From Myxococcota bacterium (GTDB lineage Bacteria > Myxococcota_A > UBA9160 > SMWR01), in the NCBI GenBank assembly GCA_036560145.1, contig DATBRV010000011.1, positions 15,930-79,929 of the forward strand: DNA of 64,000 bases, in the 5' to 3' direction. Below the pieces are notes generated by a model. The model searched no databases and was not told where the DNA came from. It saw only the letters and a list, made by a program, of their open reading frames with translations. This document shows positions 59,675-64,000 of the stretch, piece by piece; within the stretch, counting starts at the first letter, position 1; every line of letters starts with the position of its first letter. Position numbers and translations under genes: made by a program.

Positions 59675-60397
59675 ATGCTGGCCCGCGCCCTCGTCGTTCT
59701 TCCCACCTACAACGAGGCGGAGAACGTGCTGCCGCTCACGCGCGCGATCCTGGCGATCGACGCCACGCTCGACGTGCTGGTGGTCGACGACGCGAGCCCG
59801 GACGGCACCGGAGACCTGGTCGAGGCCGAGCGCTCCCACGAGCCCCGGCTCTCGCTCCTGCGGCGCGCGGGGAAGCTCGGTCTCGGCACCGCCTATCTGG
59901 CGGGCTTTCGCTGGGGCCTGGACCGCGGCTACGGACGCGTCCTCACCATGGACTGCGATGGCAGCCACCATCCCCGCTACATCCCCGCTCTGCTGGCGGC
60001 GCTCGGCGGGGCCGACATGGCGATCGGATCCCGCTACGTGCCCGGCGGCGGGATCGTGAACTGGCCGCGGCCGCGGCGCGCGCTCTCGGCGTTCGCGAAC
60101 ACCTATGCGCGCGTGCTGCTGCGGCTGCCGGCGCGCGACTGCACCTCCGGCTTTCGCGTCTATTCGCGCAAGGTGCTGGAGAGCGTCGATCCCTTCGCGA
60201 TCCGGTCCTCCGGCTATTCCTTCCTGGAGGAGATGGCGTGGCGTGTGGCCCGCTGCGGCTTCCGGATCGCCGAGGTCCCGATCGTCTTCGAGCAGCGCAC
60301 GCTCGGGGTCTCGAAGATCGACTCCTCCGAGATCTACCTGGCGGCCTGGCGCGTGCTCGTGCTGGCGCTGCGCCCGCCGCCCGTCCCGCGAAGGTAG
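59675..60397 (+). CDS. GT2 polyprenol-phosphate mannosyl/glycosyl transferase (Ppm1/DPM1-like)
   Basis: VVLPTYNEAENV, VVDDASPDGT, MDCDGSH and SGFRVY. Confidence 0.85.
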   Translation: MLARALVVLPTYNEAENVLPLTRAILAIDATLDVLVVDDASPDGTGDLVEAERSHEPRLSLLRRAGKLGLGTAYLAGFRWGLDRGYGRVLTMDCDGSHHPRYIPALLAALGGADMAIGSRYVPGGGIVNWPRPRRALSAFANTYARVLLRLPARDCTSGFRVYSRKVLESVDPFAIRSSGYSFLEEMAWRVARCGFRIAEVPIVFEQRTLGVSKIDSSEIYLAAWRVLVLALRPPPVPRR

Positions 60398-60477
60398 GAG
60401 TGTCGGCCGTCACAATGCCCCGCCGGGCCAGGGACGATCTCTGGGTCCGGGGCGCAGGGTTGCGCTTGGAGCCGAAC

Positions 60478-60792
60478 ATGGGTGACGTCAAGCAATTCGA
60501 CTTCTCCGTATTCACGGACCAGCAGCTCCTGCACCTGCATGCGCAAGTGCGGGCCGAGATCACGCGCCGGCAGCTCGCCGCCAAGCGGCTCAAGGTCCGC
60601 TATGGCCGCTCGGTCGAGATCGAGGGTCCGAAATACCGGAACCCCCAGAACTCGGCCGAGACCTGGTCCGGGCGCGGCAAGCGACCCCATTGGGTCGAGA
60701 TCGCGCTCGCGCGCGGCGCCTCGCTCGAGAGCCTCGCGATCGACGACAACCACCCCGTTCCGCACGCCCGAGATCCCCGCCGCCGGCGCTAG
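60478..60792 (+). CDS. H-NS family nucleoid-associated DNA-binding protein
   Basis: A coiled-coil N-terminus is followed by KYRNPQNSAETWSGRGKRPHWV (H-NS C-terminal DNA-binding motif). Confidence 0.8.
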   Translation: MGDVKQFDFSVFTDQQLLHLHAQVRAEITRRQLAAKRLKVRYGRSVEIEGPKYRNPQNSAETWSGRGKRPHWVEIALARGASLESLAIDDNHPVPHARDPRRRR

Positions 60793-60849
60793 CCGCCCGC
60801 CCGACCCACCGCGCAGGGCCCGCTAGACTGCCCGGTCGGGAGGGTTCCG

Positions 60850-61854
60850 ATGGCGTCCGCGGTCCAGAACTGGGGCGAGATCCTGCGCACGCAGAATCTT
60901 CCGCCCGATCGGCCGATGGATCTGGTCTCGCGCTGGCTGCTGATCACGCGCGCGAGCGTCTTCCCGATGACGCTCACCTCGGGCGCGGTCGGCGGCCTGC
61001 TCGCGATCGGCGCGCCCCACAACCACTGGCTCTACTTTTCGGCCGCGCTGCTCGGGCTGCTGCTCGCGCACGCGGCCAACAACATGATCAACGACTACTT
61101 CGACCTCGAGGGAGGGGTCGACACCCAGGACTACGTGCGCGCGCTCTACGCGCCGCATCCCGTGCTCTCGGGCCTGATCTCGAAGACCGGCCTGCTGATC
61201 GCGATCGCGATCGTGAACCTCATCGATCTCGGCCTGCTGGTCTTCCTCACCGAGCGGCGCGGCTGGCCGGTGGCCCTGTTCGCGCTGCTGGGCCTCTTCA
61301 TCAGCGTCTTCTACGTGGCGCCGCCGCTCCAGCTCAAGCACCGGGGATTCGGCGAGCCGGGGGTCTTCGTGGTCTGGGGCCCCCTGATGATCGGCGGCAC
61401 CTATTACGTCACGGCGGGGACGCTGCCGCCCTGGGTGCTGGTCGCGAGCCTTCCCTACGCGCTGCTCGTCACGACCGTGCTGATGGGCAAGCACGTCGAC
61501 AAGCTGGAGGCCGACACCGCGAAGGGCATCCGCACGCTGCCGGTGATCCTGGGCCGCGAGCGCGCGCTCTTCCTCACCCAGCAGCTGCTGGTCAGCTTCT
61601 TCGTCTTCGTGATCTGCCTGGTGCTGACGGGCACGCTCTCGGTCTGGACGCTGCTGGTGCTGCTGGCGCTGCCGCAGCTGTGGAAGGTGCTGAAGGTGCT
61701 GACGCAGCCGCGCCCCGAGGCGGCCCCGCCGAACTATCCGTTGTGGCCGCTCTGGTACGTGGCCTGGTGCTTCCTGGTCACGCGCCGCGCGGGGGCGCTC
61801 TTCGTGCTCGGACTGATCCTCGAGGCGATCTATCCGGTGCGCCTGCCGACCTGA
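60850..61854 (+). CDS. UbiA-superfamily aromatic prenyltransferase (MenA-like)
   Basis: NNMINDYFD (NxxxDxxxD), second Asp-rich block KHVDKLEAD, 8-9 TM. Confidence 0.8.
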   Translation: MASAVQNWGEILRTQNLPPDRPMDLVSRWLLITRASVFPMTLTSGAVGGLLAIGAPHNHWLYFSAALLGLLLAHAANNMINDYFDLEGGVDTQDYVRALYAPHPVLSGLISKTGLLIAIAIVNLIDLGLLVFLTERRGWPVALFALLGLFISVFYVAPPLQLKHRGFGEPGVFVVWGPLMIGGTYYVTAGTLPPWVLVASLPYALLVTTVLMGKHVDKLEADTAKGIRTLPVILGRERALFLTQQLLVSFFVFVICLVLTGTLSVWTLLVLLALPQLWKVLKVLTQPRPEAAPPNYPLWPLWYVAWCFLVTRRAGALFVLGLILEAIYPVRLPT

Positions 61855-61856
61855 GC

Positions 61857-63533
61857 ATGTCCGGCCCGATCCGCTCGCTGCTCGACAGCCGCCGCGACCA
61901 GATGCTGCCGATCCTCGCGTCGGCGGAGAGCGACCGGCTGCGGCGCTTCGGGCAGATGCGCTCCTTCGCCGCCGGCGAAAGGCTGGTCGGGATCGGCGAG
62001 GTGGGACACGGCCTCACCGTGATCCTGGGCGGCGAGGTGGCCATCACCCATCGCGACGGGCGGGGCCGCAGCCAGACCATCGTCACCCACGGCGCGGGCT
62101 CCTTCATGGGCGAGCTCGCGCAGCTCTCGGGTCGCCCGTCCCTGGTCGACGCCCACGCCGTGGGGCCGGTCGAGGCGGTGGTCATCTCGCCGGAGCGGCT
62201 GCGGGCCCTGCTGGTGGCGGAGGCCGAGCTGGGCGAGCGGATCATGCGCGCCCTGATCCTGCGCCGTGTCAACCTGATCCAGCAGGGAGCCGGCGGACCG
62301 GTGATCCTCGGCCGCGCCGAAGACGGCGACGTGCTGCGGATCGCCAACTTCCTGTCCCGCAACGGCCACCCGCACCAGTCGCTGGATCCCGAGAGCGATC
62401 CCGAGGCGAGGGCCCTGATGGAGCGCTTCGCGCTCGACCCGGGCCAGCTCCCGATCGTGCTGTGTCCCGGCGGTCAGCTGCTCGAGAACCCCAGCGAGTC
62501 CGAGCTCGGCCGATGTCTGGGCCTGGTCGGCCCGATCGATCCCACCCGCATCTTCGACGTCGCGATCGTGGGCGCCGGCCCGGCCGGCCTGGCGGCCGCG
62601 GTCTACGCGGCGTCCGAGGGGCTTTCCGTCCTGGTGCTCGACCGCCAGGCCTTCGGCGGCCAGGCCGGCGCCTCCTCCCGGATCGAGAACTACCTGGGCT
62701 TTCCGACCGGCATCAGCGGGATGGCGCTGATGGCGCGCGCCTTCAATCAGGCCCAGAAGTTCGGGGCCGAGATGGCGATTCCGGACGACGTGGTCAGCCT
62801 GGACGACGGCGCGGGAACCGGGGGCGGCGGATTCCGGCTCTGCCTCGCCAGCCAGGAATGCGTGAGCGCCCGCGCGCTGGTGATCGCCAGCGGGGCCCGC
62901 TACCGGCGGCTCGCGGTCGAGGATTTCGGTGCCTTCGAATGCACGTCAATCCATTTTTGGGCTTCGCCGCTGGAAGGACGCCTGTGCGCCGGCCAGGAGG
63001 TGGCGGTGGTGGGCGGCGGCAATTCCGCCGGCCAGGCGACGGTCTATCTGGCGGAGCAGGTGGCCAAGGTCTGGCTGCTGGTGCGCGGGGCCAGCCTGGG
63101 CGCGAGCATGTCGCGCTATCTGGTCGACCGGATCGCGTCGCTTCCGAACGTCGAGGTGCTGACGCAGGCGCAGGTCAGCGGGCTCGAGGGCCGCGGCGGC
63201 ACGCTCGAGGCGATCCGCTGGCGAAGGGGTGCCTCCGGCCACGAGACGCGGCGCCCGATCCGCCATCTCTTCCTCTTCATCGGCGCGGATCCCAACACCG
63301 ATTGGCTGTCACGCTCGGGTGTAGCGCTCGACGACAAGGGTTTCGTGCGCACGGGCGGGGAAGCCGGTGGCGATCGCCGTCTGCTCGAGACGAGCCGGCG
63401 CGGCGTATTCGCCATCGGCGACGTCCGCTCCGGCTCGATCAAGCGCGTCGCCGCCTCCGTCGGCGAGGGCGCCCAGGTGGTCGCCGCGTTGCACGCGTTC
63501 CTGGCGGATTTCGCATCCGTACCGGGAAATTGA
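61857..63533 (+). CDS. Cyclic-nucleotide-binding domain fused to a thioredoxin-reductase-like FAD/NAD(P) oxidoreductase
   Basis: The ATG lies 3 nt after the previous stop. cNMP-like FMGELAQLSGRPS, then IVGAGPAGLAAAVYAASEG, GGGNSAGQA and FAIGDVR. Confidence 0.8.
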   Translation: MSGPIRSLLDSRRDQMLPILASAESDRLRRFGQMRSFAAGERLVGIGEVGHGLTVILGGEVAITHRDGRGRSQTIVTHGAGSFMGELAQLSGRPSLVDAHAVGPVEAVVISPERLRALLVAEAELGERIMRALILRRVNLIQQGAGGPVILGRAEDGDVLRIANFLSRNGHPHQSLDPESDPEARALMERFALDPGQLPIVLCPGGQLLENPSESELGRCLGLVGPIDPTRIFDVAIVGAGPAGLAAAVYAASEGLSVLVLDRQAFGGQAGASSRIENYLGFPTGISGMALMARAFNQAQKFGAEMAIPDDVVSLDDGAGTGGGGFRLCLASQECVSARALVIASGARYRRLAVEDFGAFECTSIHFWASPLEGRLCAGQEVAVVGGGNSAGQATVYLAEQVAKVWLLVRGASLGASMSRYLVDRIASLPNVEVLTQAQVSGLEGRGGTLEAIRWRRGASGHETRRPIRHLFLFIGADPNTDWLSRSGVALDDKGFVRTGGEAGGDRRLLETSRRGVFAIGDVRSGSIKRVAASVGEGAQVVAALHAFLADFASVPGN

Positions 63534-63574
63534 TAAACTGCTCCCCCCAATCGAAAGCGGAAGGGACCTGAAAG

Positions 63575-64000
63575 ATGAGCGAAGCCTGGATCATCGATGC
63601 GGTGCGCACCCCCCGCGGCCGGGGCAAGGCCGGGGTCGGCGCGCTCTCCGGGGAGCACCCCCAGGAGCTGCTCTCGCAGTGCCTGAACGCGCTGCGGGAT
63701 CGCAACGGAATCTCGGTCCGCGACGTCGAGGACGTGGTGGCGGGCTGCGTGAGCGCCTTCGGCGAGCAGGGCGCCGACATCGCCCGCAACGCCGTGCTCA
63801 ACGCCGGTTGGCCCGTGGACAGCGCCAGCGGCGTGACGCTCAACCGCTTCTGCGGCTCCGGCCAGCAGGCGGTGAACTTCGCCGCGATGGGCGTGATGGC
63901 CGGCCAGCAGGATCTGGTGATCGGCGGCGGGATCGAATCCATGTCCCGCGTGCCGATGGGCTCGGGAGGCGGGGGGCTCGACGGCGACAACCCGCACCTG
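63575..64000 (+). CDS. Acetyl-CoA C-acyltransferase (thiolase), N-terminal 142 aa (3' end cut by window edge)
   Basis: [18 protein letters not shown]... and the active-site region [11 protein letters not shown]. Confidence 0.85.
   Translation, partial: MSEAWIIDAVRTPRGRGKAGVGALSGEHPQELLSQCLNALRDRNGISVRDVEDVVAGCVSAFGEQGADIARNAVLNAGWPVDSASGVTLNRFCGSGQQAVNFAAMGVMAGQQDLVIGGGIESMSRVPMGSGGGGLDGDNPHL

Noticed and set aside
60690-63533. Very long track ORFs that seem to extend real genes far upstream: 60690..63533, 51265..54039, 52875..54380, 41474..43633, 38660..40189, 37995..39533, 3497..5023, 28006..29337.
   Set aside because: Only the C-terminal parts look like proteins. The N-terminal extensions run out of frame across upstream genes. 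Internal starts with SD-like sequences or stop/start overlaps give normal-sized products.
1-64000. A search by eye for CRISPR arrays, IS elements with terminal inverted repeats, integrases, phage genes, toxin-antitoxin pairs, and tRNA or rRNA genes.
   Set aside because: None were found. The only tandem repeat is the in-frame 33-nt coding repeat at 17108-17338, and the other repeats are low-complexity coding tracts. The window looks like core chromosome rather than a mobile island. The lower G+C of 13.3-14.6 kb and 36.5-36.9 kb could indicate older acquisitions.

Overview
This 64-kb window is about 70% G+C and very gene-dense. I call about 69 protein-coding genes, many joined by overlapping stop/start codons. 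I saw no rRNA, tRNA, CRISPR array, transposase or integrase. The gene content (Lnt, DUF4124, DUF3300/DUF2950, an H-NS-type protein) suggests a Gram-negative, proteobacterium-like chromosome. All functional calls come from reading the translated ORFs against remembered family motifs; no searches were run.

Layout:
- 1-11.6 kb: nitrate assimilation locus. It holds a NasS-like sensor (5' truncated), an ANTAR-type attenuator leader, nrtA, nrtB and two ABC ATPases. It ends in one stop-free 2,201-codon ORF that reads NasA, a BFD [2Fe-2S] domain, NirB, NirD and then a complete signal-peptide-bearing alginate-export-type porin.
- 11.7-24.1 kb: envelope genes and secreted hydrolases. These include a TetR regulator, a membrane-anchored foldase-like protein, a pectin-acetylesterase/Notum-family esterase, a periplasmic ankyrin protein, lnt, an acidic 33-nt tandem-repeat protein, GH5, an SNase and two alpha/beta hydrolases.
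- 24.1-27.5 kb: a NitT/TauT-family ABC importer and a TPR protein.
- 27.7-31.4 kb: a seven-gene operon of small membrane and redox proteins.
- 31.5-35.5 kb: an SRPBCC-DUF1214-sulfotransferase-SDR operon.
- 37.9-50.3 kb: two CoA-dependent catabolic operons, each with a DUF35/thiolase pair. They share a 17-bp palindromic operator that I found in three copies.
- 50.7-56.9 kb: DUF4124, then DUF3300-DUF2950 translationally coupled to an acyl-CoA synthetase, then another ligase.
- 56.9-63.5 kb: methyltransferase-desaturase-methyltransferase, a Ppm1-like GT2, H-NS, a UbiA/MenA-like prenyltransferase and a cNMP-domain thioredoxin-reductase-like protein.
- 63.6-64.0 kb: a thiolase, 3' truncated by the window edge.

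The most unusual items are the stop-less reductase/porin mega-ORF and the shared operator. Most very long ORFs in the six-frame track are GC-driven shadow frames.
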